Assembly (NCBI GenBank): GCA_016873675.1 | Contig: VGWG01000004.1 | Span: 2,715-66,714, forward strand | Length of the DNA: 64,000 nt | Direction of reading: 5' to 3' | DNA from: Lentisphaerota bacterium | GTDB lineage: Bacteria; Verrucomicrobiota; Kiritimatiellia; RFP12; JAAYNR01 | Shown: piece by piece, positions 8,899 to 17,090 of the stretch | How positions within the stretch are numbered: the first letter of the stretch is position 1 | Layout: the number at the start of each line of letters is the position of its first letter | The notes under the pieces: generated by a model | The model's input: the letters and a program-made list of their open reading frames with translations, nothing else | Told to the model about the DNA's origin: nothing | The model's database searches: none | Translations under genes and position numbers: made by a program

Positions 8899-9578
8899 AG
8901 CCCCTTCCCTTCGCCCCGCCTGTGCTTGTCAAAGTGGACCAGGCAGAAGAGCTTTTCCAATTCCATTCGGATGTCGATGTTCTGCACGCAGAACTGCTCG
9001 TCACTGCGCAGCGGGGTGGGGGTGAAATTGAGCACGCCGCGGATGACACCGGTGCCGCGGAGTTGCTCCAGCAGGTGCGGCACGGACTGTTCGGGCGTGC
9101 ACAAGATCGCCACTTCAATGCCATGCTTGCGGATATAGGCGGGCAATTCCCCGATGTCGAGCACCGGCACGTCGGGGACGGGCGAGACGACCTGCGGGTC
9201 GCTGTCGAATCCGGCCACGATGGAGACGCCGCCGCGCCGGCCGCCGAACGAGCGCAACAGCGCCTGCCCGATCTTGCCGCAACCGATGACCACGGCGCGG
9301 CATTGTGCCGACGTTCCCAAAAGCGCGGCCATCCGCGCCAACAGGCCGGTGATGTCATAACCGCCCCGCTTGACGCCGCGCATGCCGAAGGCCGCAAAAT
9401 CCTTGCGCACCTGCGAGCCGGACAGGCCCAGCGCGTCGCCAAGATTTCCCGAGAATACCTTGCTGAACCCCATCCCTTGAAGTTTCAACAATACGGATCG
9501 ATAACGGGACATCCGCTCGACCGTTTCGCGGCCAACCTCAAGCGGCGGATCCGTCACTGTTTGCTTTGTCCGGGACAT
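8895..9578 (-). CDS. rex: Redox-sensing transcriptional repressor Rex
   Basis: N-terminal winged-helix region (ERMSRYRSVLLKLQGMGFSKVFSGNLGDALGLSGSQVRKDFAAFG) plus a Rossmann NADH-binding motif (AVVIGCGKIGQALL). Divergent from the hydrogenase operon. Confidence 0.9.
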   Translation of the reverse strand: MSRTKQTVTDPPLEVGRETVERMSRYRSVLLKLQGMGFSKVFSGNLGDALGLSGSQVRKDFAAFGMRGVKRGGYDITGLLARMAALLGTSAQCRAVVIGCGKIGQALLRSFGGRRGGVSIVAGFDSDPQVVSPVPDVPVLDIGELPAYIRKHGIEVAILCTPEQSVPHLLEQLRGTGVIRGVLNFTPTPLRSDEQFCVQNIDIRMELEKLFCLVHFDKHRRGEGKGL

Positions 9579-9811
9579 GAAGCGCCTCCTGCTGTTTATG
9601 AAACGGCTTGTCCAGTATCCAGAAAGTCAGACTATAACACAAAACAACAGTATGCCATCTTTTATTGGGCGTGTCTATCCCCTTGTAAGCCGCATCAGTA
9701 CAGCACTAACGCAATATGGAGCAACAAACATGACACGATACTAGTTATTATGCATACTTAATAGCATATTTCAGCAGGTATAATCTTTTTTAACAATAAA
9801 TCGTTTTACTC

Positions 9812-9840
9812 TTGTCAATCCCATCCTGTTCTGGAATAAT
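9812..9840 (+). promoter_or_regulatory. Candidate sigma70-type promoter for the hydrogenase operon
   Basis: TTGTCA (9812-9817), 17-nt spacer, AATAAT (9835-9840), inside an AT-rich intergenic region. A second TATAAT lies at 9779-9784. Sequence match only. Confidence 0.3.
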
Positions 9841-9913
9841 GCATAAATTGTTTTCGATTCATTCCGCCTTCGGCCGTGGGCCTGGGGGCCGGATTTCAGA
9901 GAGGGTGAGCATC

Positions 9914-10414
9914 GTGAGTAGTGTCAAAACTGAGACGGTGGCAACGTCCCCTGCGTTGACGGCCGAACTGAAGACGTTCATCGCCGAATGGAAGAGCAAG
10001 CCGGGCAATCTGATCATGGTGTTGCACCGCGTTCAGGAGTGCTTCGGGTACATTCCCCGCAAGGTGGCCTTCGAAGTCGCCGACCTGCTCAATGTGCCGT
10101 TGGCGCGTATTTATGGCGTGATCACGTTTTACAATTTCTTTAAGCTGACCCAGCCGGGCCGCAACCGCATCCAGGTCTGCATGGGGACGGCCTGTTATCT
10201 GCGCGGCGGCGAAGATGTCATTCTCGAGATCGAGGAGATGCTGGGTGTGGGTTTGAACACGGTGACGCCGGACGGTGAATTCTCGATCGAGGCGGTTCGC
10301 TGCCTCGGCTGCTGCGGGCTCGCGCCGGTTCTGGTGATTAACGGCCAGGTTTACGGCAAGGTGCTGATGAAAGACCTGCCGAGCATTCTCGCCCAATACA
10401 AGAAGGCGTCGTAG
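9914..10414 (+). CDS. hydC: [FeFe] hydrogenase NuoE-like subunit (thioredoxin-like [2Fe-2S])
   Basis: ORF 9812..10414. GTG at 9914 after GAGAGGG. NuoE-type cysteines are present (VCMGTACYLRG ... RCLGCCGLAPV). Confidence 0.85.
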   Translation: MSSVKTETVATSPALTAELKTFIAEWKSKPGNLIMVLHRVQECFGYIPRKVAFEVADLLNVPLARIYGVITFYNFFKLTQPGRNRIQVCMGTACYLRGGEDVILEIEEMLGVGLNTVTPDGEFSIEAVRCLGCCGLAPVLVINGQVYGKVLMKDLPSILAQYKKAS

Positions 10415-10417
10415 GAC

Positions 10418-10963
10418 ATGCACGCCTCACTCTGTGACACCATTGCCGATGTGGTGCAGAATGCGATTGAGGCGGCTGCAACACGAATTGAGCTTGATGT
10501 GTACACGGGATCCAATGCGGTGATGGTGACGGTCAGAGACAATGGCAAAGGGATGGACGCGGCGCACCTGCGGCGCGCCTGCGATCCATTCTATTCCGAG
10601 CCGGGCAAACATGCCCGCCGTCGCGTCGGACTCGGGCTGCCCCTCCTCATGCAGATGGCCGAGCAAACGGGAGGCAAGGCCGACATCCAGTCGGCGCCCG
10701 GCCGGGGGACCACCGTCTCCTTCCGCCTCGACACCACCCACCTCGACACCCCTCCCTTGGGAAACCTTCCCGTCACGCTCGTCGGCCTGATGACGTTCCC
10801 GGGGAATTACGAACTCGCGGTCACCCGCCGCGCCGACGCCGCCGCCTATTCCGTGACGAGAAGCGAACTCGCCCACGCGCTCGGCAACCTGGAAGAGGCG
10901 GGGAACCTCTCGCTCGCACGACAGTATTTCGAGTCTCAGGAAGACGGTTTGAATGCGGAGTAA
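10418..10963 (+). CDS. Stand-alone histidine-kinase-like ATPase (HATPase_c) domain protein
   Basis: N-box/G-box-like motifs (VQNAIEAA, VRDNGKGMD, GLGLPLL, GRGTTVSF). No HisKA/DHp or sensor domain. Embedded in the hydrogenase operon. Confidence 0.7.
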   Translation: MHASLCDTIADVVQNAIEAAATRIELDVYTGSNAVMVTVRDNGKGMDAAHLRRACDPFYSEPGKHARRRVGLGLPLLMQMAEQTGGKADIQSAPGRGTTVSFRLDTTHLDTPPLGNLPVTLVGLMTFPGNYELAVTRRADAAAYSVTRSELAHALGNLEEAGNLSLARQYFESQEDGLNAE

Positions 10964-11008
10964 GGTGAGGGCGGCGGTGCCGGCCCCGACTCCACTGAGG
11001 AGAACACG

Positions 11009-11401
11009 ATGAGTGAAAAATTGACGTTGGACGCCCTGCGCAAGCTGCGCGACCAGAAACAGAAGGAACTCGCCATGCGCGACCCTTCGAATAAAGAGAT
11101 GCAGGTGATCGTCGGCATGGGGACGTGCGGCATCGCCGCAGGCGCCAAGGAGACCTTCGCGGCGATCCTGGACGCGCTGGAGCAGCGCGGGATGGCCACC
11201 GTCCTCGTCCGCCAGACGGGCTGCATGGGGTTGTGCCACTCGGAGCCCACCGTTGAAGTCATTGTTCCCGGCATGCCCAGCGTGATCTACGGCAACGTGA
11301 ACGCCAAGATCGGCCGCCAGATTGTGGAAGAGCATGTCGTCGGCCGCAAACTGCTCGATAAACTCATTTGCGACCGCCCCGCGATGGATATCATCGGCTA
11401 A
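11009..11401 (+). CDS. Small thioredoxin-like [2Fe-2S] ferredoxin of the hydrogenase operon
   Basis: 130 aa, with cysteines in GMGTCGIAAG and QTGCMGLCHSEP. Confidence 0.75.
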   Translation: MSEKLTLDALRKLRDQKQKELAMRDPSNKEMQVIVGMGTCGIAAGAKETFAAILDALEQRGMATVLVRQTGCMGLCHSEPTVEVIVPGMPSVIYGNVNAKIGRQIVEEHVVGRKLLDKLICDRPAMDIIG

Positions 11402-11415
11402 CCAGGGAACACGTC

Positions 11416-13203
11416 ATGGGATACAAGCATTACATCTTGATTTGCGGCGGCACCGCCTGCGAATCCAATCACGGCATCGAGCTTGTGGAGGCGCTGAAGC
11501 GCGAAGTTGAAGCCGCCGGCCTCGTCAACACGGTTCAGGTGGTCCGCACCGGATGCCTCGGGTTCTGCGAAAAAGGACCGATCGTCAAAATCCTTCCCGA
11601 AGATACGTTCTATGTCGAGGTCAAGCCGCAGGACGCGGCCGACATCGTCAACGAACACATCATCAAAGGCCGCACCGTCACACGCCTCCTCTACGACACC
11701 AACCAGAGCAAGAGCCGTGTCGGCATCGAAGGGATTGACTTTTACCAGAAGCAGTTCCGCATCGTCCTGCGCAACTGCGGTGTAATCGACCCGGACAAGA
11801 TCGACGAATACATCGCCCGCGAAGGGTATGTCGCGCTGGAAAAGGCGCTCTTCGAAATGACGCCCGACCAGGTGCTCGCCGAGCTCGATAAGTCGGGGCT
11901 CCGAGGTCGTGGCGGCGCGGGCTTCCCCACCGGGAAGAAGTGGGCCTTCGCGAAAGTTCAGAAAGCCGACCAGAAATACATGGTCTGCAACGCCGATGAG
12001 GGCGACCCCGGAGCCTACATGGACCGCTCGACCCTCGAGGGTGACCCGCACTCGGTTTTGGAAGCCATGACGATCGCCGGCTACACGATTGGCGCATCGA
12101 AGGGGTACGTCTACATCCGCGCCGAATACCCGCTCGCCATCACTCGCCTGGAGACCGCCATCGCCCAGGCCCGCGCCTACGGCCTGCTCGGCGAGAACAT
12201 CCTCGGCTCTTCCTTTAGCTTTGACATCGAACTGCGCCTCGGTGCCGGAGCGTTTGTCTGCGGCGAAGAGACCGCCCTGCTCGCGTCGATCGAAGGCCGC
12301 CGCGGCATGCCCACGCCACGGCCTCCCTTCCCGGCTGTCAAGGGGCTCTGGGGCAAGCCGACCGTCATCAATAATGTCGAAACCCTGGCGAATATTCCCG
12401 TCATCCTGCTCAAGGGCGGCGACTGGTTCGCCAAGATCGGCACCGCCACCTCCAAAGGGACCAAGGTCTTCGCGCTCACCGGCAAGGTGAAGAACTCGGG
12501 CCTCATCGAGGTGCCAATGGGAACGACGCTGCGCGAGATCATCTATGATATCGGCGGCGGCATCCGCGGCGGCCACTCTTTTAAGGCGGCGCAGACCGGC
12601 GGCCCCTCAGGCGGCGTGATCCCCGAGCAGTTCCTCGACCTGCCGATCGATTACGAGAGCCTCGCCAAGATCGGTTCGATCATGGGATCGGGCGGATTGA
12701 TCGTCATGGACGAGACCGACTGCATCGTGGATGTGGCCAAGTTCTATCTCGACTTCACGGTCGATGAGTCGTGCGGCAAATGCGCGCCATGCCGGATCGG
12801 CGGCCGTACGCTCTGCAACCTCCTCACCTCCATCACCCGCGGCACCGGAACGCTCGCCGACATCGATCGGATGCGCGAGATCGCCGATGCGATGCGGAGC
12901 GCGTCGCTCTGCGGACTGGGCCAGACAGCGTCCAATCCGGTTGTGTCGAGCCTCCGCTATTTCCTCGACGAGTACCAGGCGCACATCGTGGACAAGAAGT
13001 GCCCATCCAAGAAGTGCAAGAGTCTGCTCTCGTACCGGATCGACCCGCTCAAATGCGTCGGGTGTACCGCCTGCGCCCGCGTCTGTCCCGTCAACGCCAT
13101 CCGTGGGGAACGGAAGCAGGCGCATGTGATCGATACGGCCGCCTGCATCAAATGCGGTCAGTGCTTTACGGTCTGCAAATTCGGCGCGGTTTCGCGCGAT
13201 TAA
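11416..13203 (+). CDS. hydB: [FeFe] hydrogenase NuoF-like NAD(P)H/FMN-binding subunit
   Basis: ATG at 11416. N-terminal 2Fe-2S module, FMN/NADH motif GLRGRGGAGFPTGKKW, SLBB-like region, and two C-terminal CxxCxxCxxxCP ferredoxin motifs. Confidence 0.9.
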   Translation: MGYKHYILICGGTACESNHGIELVEALKREVEAAGLVNTVQVVRTGCLGFCEKGPIVKILPEDTFYVEVKPQDAADIVNEHIIKGRTVTRLLYDTNQSKSRVGIEGIDFYQKQFRIVLRNCGVIDPDKIDEYIAREGYVALEKALFEMTPDQVLAELDKSGLRGRGGAGFPTGKKWAFAKVQKADQKYMVCNADEGDPGAYMDRSTLEGDPHSVLEAMTIAGYTIGASKGYVYIRAEYPLAITRLETAIAQARAYGLLGENILGSSFSFDIELRLGAGAFVCGEETALLASIEGRRGMPTPRPPFPAVKGLWGKPTVINNVETLANIPVILLKGGDWFAKIGTATSKGTKVFALTGKVKNSGLIEVPMGTTLREIIYDIGGGIRGGHSFKAAQTGGPSGGVIPEQFLDLPIDYESLAKIGSIMGSGGLIVMDETDCIVDVAKFYLDFTVDESCGKCAPCRIGGRTLCNLLTSITRGTGTLADIDRMREIADAMRSASLCGLGQTASNPVVSSLRYFLDEYQAHIVDKKCPSKKCKSLLSYRIDPLKCVGCTACARVCPVNAIRGERKQAHVIDTAACIKCGQCFTVCKFGAVSRD

Positions 13204-13228
13204 GCCCATCGCCCGTCTGGAGACGATT

Positions 13229-14983
13229 ATGAACAACTCGGTTACCCTCGAAATCAACGGCATCCCCGTTGCCGTCCCGGCCGGCACGTCTATTCTGAAA
13301 GCCGCCCGGAGCGCCAACATCCGCATCCCCACGCTCTGCTATCATCCGGACCTGAAGGCCTGGGCCGCCTGCGGCATTTGCGTGGTGCGCAACGCCAATT
13401 CGCCCAAGCTCCTCCGTGCCTGCTGCACCGAGGTCGCCCCGGGAATGAAGATCACCACGCACGATCCCGACATCGTCGCGATCCGCCGCACCGTGCTGGA
13501 ATTGATCCTCAGCACCCATCCGAATGATTGCCTGCAATGCCCGCGCAACGGGCGCTGCGAGCTGCAGAAAATCGCCGCGGATTTCGGCATTCGCGAGAAT
13601 CCGTATGGGTCCCGCGTCGAACGCCTGCCCCAAGACACCTCGACGCCGTCGCTCGTCCTGAACCCCGAGAAGTGCATCAAATGCGGCCGCTGCGCCCTTG
13701 TCTGCCAGGAGATGCAGGGCGTCTGGGCGCTCGAATTCCTCGGGCGCGGCGAAAAGACCCGCATCGCACCCGCCGCCGACTGCACCCTCGCCGAGTCCCC
13801 CTGCATCAAGTGCGGGCAATGCTCGGCCCACTGCCCCGTCGGTGCCATCTATGAAAAAGACGAGACGGCCAAAGTCTGGAATGCCCTCAAAAACCCCGAC
13901 CTCCACTGCGTGGTGCAAATCGCCCCGGCGGTCCGCGTCGCCATCGGCGAAGCCTTCGACCTCCCCCCGGGCTCCCTGATGACCGGCCAAACCTACACGG
14001 CCCTCCGCCGCCTCGGGTTCAAGGCGGTGTTCGACACCAACTTCGCAGCCGATGTGACCATCATGGAGGAGTCCGCCGAATTCGTGCAGCGCTTCGCCCA
14101 TGGCAAGGGCGCCCTCCCGTTGATCACCTCGTGTTGTCCCTCGTGGACCGACTACATGGAGAAATTCGCTCCCGACTTCCTGGAGAACTTCTCGTCGTGC
14201 AAGTCGCCGCAGCAGATGCTGTCCGCCTTGGCCAAGAGCTATTACGCGGAGAAGATGGGAATCGACCCCGCCAAGATCTTTATGGTCTCGATCATGCCCT
14301 GCACGGCCAAAAAATTCGAAATCACCCGCTCGGAGACGATGCGCTCCACAGGCCAGCAAGACACCGATGTCGTGCTGACCACCCGCGAACTCGGCTACAT
14401 GCTCAAGGCTTCCGGAATGGACTTCGTGAATCTCCCGAAGACCGATGCCGATAACATCCTCGGCGATTATAGTGGCGCCGGCACGATTTTCGGCGTCACC
14501 GGCGGCGTGATGGAGGCGGCGCTCCGAACCGCTTACCACCTCGTCACCCAAAAGGAATTGGCGGACGTTAAATTCGAGGCCGTCCGCGGCATGCAGGGCG
14601 TCAAGGAGGCGGTCGTCGATATTCAGGGGACCCCCGTTCGGATCGCCGTTGCCCACCAGATGGGGAATGTCGAGCAGGTGCTCGAGGCGATCCGTGAGGA
14701 TCGCAAGGCCGGCCGCAAGCCACGCTATGACTTCATCGAGGTCATGGCCTGCCGCGGCGGCTGTATCTCGGGCGGCGGCCAGCCGCTCGGCGCAACCGAT
14801 GAGGTGCGCCTTGCCCGCACCAAGGGGCTCTACGCCGATGACGAGCGCTCAACCACGCGCTGCTCGCATCACAATCCACACGTGCAAGAGATCTACCGCG
14901 CCTTTCTGGGCAAGCCCCTGAGCAAAAAGGCACACCAGTTCCTCCACAACCCCTACAAACGACGCAAGGTCTACGCGAAATAG
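13229..14983 (+). CDS. hydA: [FeFe] hydrogenase catalytic subunit (multi-FeS, bifurcating-type architecture)
   Basis: All three H-cluster motifs are present: TSCCPSW, MPCTAKKFE, EVMACRGGCISGGGQP. There are also N-terminal 2Fe-2S and 4Fe-4S domains. Confidence 0.95.
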   Translation: MNNSVTLEINGIPVAVPAGTSILKAARSANIRIPTLCYHPDLKAWAACGICVVRNANSPKLLRACCTEVAPGMKITTHDPDIVAIRRTVLELILSTHPNDCLQCPRNGRCELQKIAADFGIRENPYGSRVERLPQDTSTPSLVLNPEKCIKCGRCALVCQEMQGVWALEFLGRGEKTRIAPAADCTLAESPCIKCGQCSAHCPVGAIYEKDETAKVWNALKNPDLHCVVQIAPAVRVAIGEAFDLPPGSLMTGQTYTALRRLGFKAVFDTNFAADVTIMEESAEFVQRFAHGKGALPLITSCCPSWTDYMEKFAPDFLENFSSCKSPQQMLSALAKSYYAEKMGIDPAKIFMVSIMPCTAKKFEITRSETMRSTGQQDTDVVLTTRELGYMLKASGMDFVNLPKTDADNILGDYSGAGTIFGVTGGVMEAALRTAYHLVTQKELADVKFEAVRGMQGVKEAVVDIQGTPVRIAVAHQMGNVEQVLEAIREDRKAGRKPRYDFIEVMACRGGCISGGGQPLGATDEVRLARTKGLYADDERSTTRCSHHNPHVQEIYRAFLGKPLSKKAHQFLHNPYKRRKVYAK

Positions 14984-15057
14984 GCGGGCCAGAAGTGCAG
15001 GCTTCCGCAGCGGCGAACCACACGCTACAATGGTCCCCAATGAATGGGGAGAAGCCA

Positions 15058-15960
15058 ATGACGGAGGGTGGGGGATGTGGCGGGGGCAAACCGCCGTGGA
15101 TCCGGGTGAGGGCCGGCCAGGGCGGGGCGTCTGCGGCGACGCGCGACCGGCTGCGGCGGCATGGCCTGCATACGGTATGCGAGGCGGCGGCCTGCCCGAA
15201 TCAGGGGGTCTGCTGGACGGCCGGACGCGCAACCGTCCTGATCCTGGGGGATCGCTGCACGCGCGCGTGCCGCTTCTGCAACGTCGACAAGCGCCCGGTG
15301 GGCGCGCCCGATTCCTCCGAGCCGGCGCGCGTGGCCGAGGCGGTGCGTGAGAGCGGGTTGCGCGAGGTGGTGATCACCTCGGTCACGCGCGACGATCTGC
15401 CCGATGGAGGCGCGGCGTGCTGGGCCGAGACGGTGCGGCGGATCCGCGCGGCCGCGCCCGGCGTGCTGATCGAGGTCCTGACGCCGGATTTCCGGGGCGA
15501 TGCGGCCGCCCTCGACGCGGTCATCGCGGCCCGGCCCGATGTGTTCGGCCACAATCTGGAGACGGTGCCGAGGCTCTATCCCGCAGTGCGTCCGCAGGCC
15601 GATTACCAGCAGTCGCTCGCCGTGTTGTCCCGCGCCGCCGCAGCCGGGCTGATCATCAAGACCAGCCTCATGCTGGGCATGGGCGAAACGGCAGACGAGT
15701 GCGCGCAGACGCTCCGTGACGCGCGGGCGGCAGGGTGCGCGATCTTTTACGCCGGACAATATCTGCAGCCGAGCCCGCGTCATCTCCCGGTGACCCGGTT
15801 CGTCACACCGAAGGAGTTTGCGGACCTTCAGATCGAGGCCCGGCGCGTGGGCTTTGCCTTCGCCGCCTGCGCGCCGCTGGTGCGCAGCTCTTACCACGAG
15901 GAGGAGCAGTCGGCGACTGTGCGGCGCATGACGCAGATGCGCGAGGGATGGAACCCATGA
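15058..15960 (+). CDS. lipA: Lipoyl synthase
   Basis: CEAAACPNQGVC (auxiliary cluster) and CTRACRFC (radical SAM). Start is uncertain: ATG 15058 follows GGAGA; alternatives are 15040 and GTG 14995. Confidence 0.9.
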   Translation: MTEGGGCGGGKPPWIRVRAGQGGASAATRDRLRRHGLHTVCEAAACPNQGVCWTAGRATVLILGDRCTRACRFCNVDKRPVGAPDSSEPARVAEAVRESGLREVVITSVTRDDLPDGGAACWAETVRRIRAAAPGVLIEVLTPDFRGDAAALDAVIAARPDVFGHNLETVPRLYPAVRPQADYQQSLAVLSRAAAAGLIIKTSLMLGMGETADECAQTLRDARAAGCAIFYAGQYLQPSPRHLPVTRFVTPKEFADLQIEARRVGFAFAACAPLVRSSYHEEEQSATVRRMTQMREGWNP

Positions 15961-17090
15961 ATCGCGTATTGCTGATTACGGCCTATCCCTTTCATCCGTG
16001 GTGCGGCGCGGCCCTCCGGGCGCGCCACACCGCTGCGGCGCTCGCGGGATTGGGCTATGGGGTTGACGTGTTGGCGCCCCCAGGCGGGGAGCCTCCCGAA
16101 CTGCCCGGCGTGCGGGTGGTTCAGACGCCGCACATTCCGTGTATCGGGCCGATGCGACCGGACGGCGCGTCGGCGCGCGCCATCTATCGCTTCCTGCTGG
16201 CGGTGTGGGCGCTGGCGCTGGCGCGCGTCCACCGCTACCGGATCGTCCATGCCGTGGGCGCGGCCTGGCCCGCAGCCCGGCTCGCTGCGCGCTTGTGCGG
16301 CAGCGGCCTGGTGTACGAGGCGGATCCTCAGGATCGCCGCGCGGCGCGGCGCACAAGCCGGGCGCTGCGCCGCGCCGATGCGGTGATCGCGGCCGAACCG
16401 GAGGGGGTGGACGCGATGCGAGAGCTGGGACGCCAGAGCCGCGCCTGCCTGATTCCCGACATCCCGGGCACCTGGCAACAGGCCGACGAGGCCGGTCGGC
16501 TCGACGTGCGCACGCGCCTCGGCGCGGCGCCCGATACCCCCGTGCTGACCTATGTGGGCTCGTTCCGGAAATTCCAAGGGGTTGATCTCGTGTTCAACGC
16601 GCTTCCGGCCGTGCTGCGCGACGAGCCGCGTGCCCGACTGGTCATGGTCGGCGGCACGCCTCAGGAGATCGCCGCCGCCCGCGCCATTATCAGCAGGGCC
16701 GGACTGGAGCAGACGGTGGCCTTTCTCGGCCGGATTCCCGCCGTCGACCTGGTGCAGGTGCTGGGCGCGTCGGATATCCTGCTCGCCCCCCGCCGCACGG
16801 GAACGCAGGTGCCGATGAAGGTGCTCGACTACCTTCGTTCCGGGACGGCCGTCGTTGCGACCGACTGCGCGGCCAATCGGATCGCGCTTTCTTCCGCATG
16901 CGCCCTTCTCGTGCGTCCCGATCCAGAGGCGCTGGCCGCCGGCATCCTGGCGCTGACCCGCGACCCGGATCGCCGCGCCGCCCTGGGCGCCGCCGGGCGC
17001 GTACGGGTCGAGCGCGAGTTTTCATTCGCCGCTTTCCAGGATGGGCTGAAGCGGTGCTATGCGTATGTGCTGTTGACGGGAACACCATGA
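15957..17090 (+). CDS. GT4-family (GT-B) glycosyltransferase
   Basis: ATG at 15957 overlaps the lipA stop (ATGA). MNRVLLITAYPFHP start. C-terminal donor-binding-like region (YVGSFRKFQGVDL ... LAPRRTG ... KVLDYL). Confidence 0.8.
   Translation: MNRVLLITAYPFHPWCGAALRARHTAAALAGLGYGVDVLAPPGGEPPELPGVRVVQTPHIPCIGPMRPDGASARAIYRFLLAVWALALARVHRYRIVHAVGAAWPAARLAARLCGSGLVYEADPQDRRAARRTSRALRRADAVIAAEPEGVDAMRELGRQSRACLIPDIPGTWQQADEAGRLDVRTRLGAAPDTPVLTYVGSFRKFQGVDLVFNALPAVLRDEPRARLVMVGGTPQEIAAARAIISRAGLEQTVAFLGRIPAVDLVQVLGASDILLAPRRTGTQVPMKVLDYLRSGTAVVATDCAANRIALSSACALLVRPDPEALAAGILALTRDPDRRAALGAAGRVRVEREFSFAAFQDGLKRCYAYVLLTGTP

Noticed and set aside
9579-9913. Looked for a canonical Rex operator (TTGTGAA-N6-TTCACAA or TTGTTAA-N4-TTAACAA) in the rex-hydC intergenic region.
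   Set aside because: Only a single TTAACAA half-site (9790-9796) and short ATGCAT-centred repeats were found. No full inverted repeat matched at more than about 60%, so no operator feature is reported.
16898-17086. Upstream extension of the DUF1638::hydantoinase ORF (start at 16898).
   Set aside because: The extension overlaps the GT4 gene 3' end and is R/P/G-rich. The ATG at 17087 gives an ATGA coupling and a clean DUF1638-like N-terminus.
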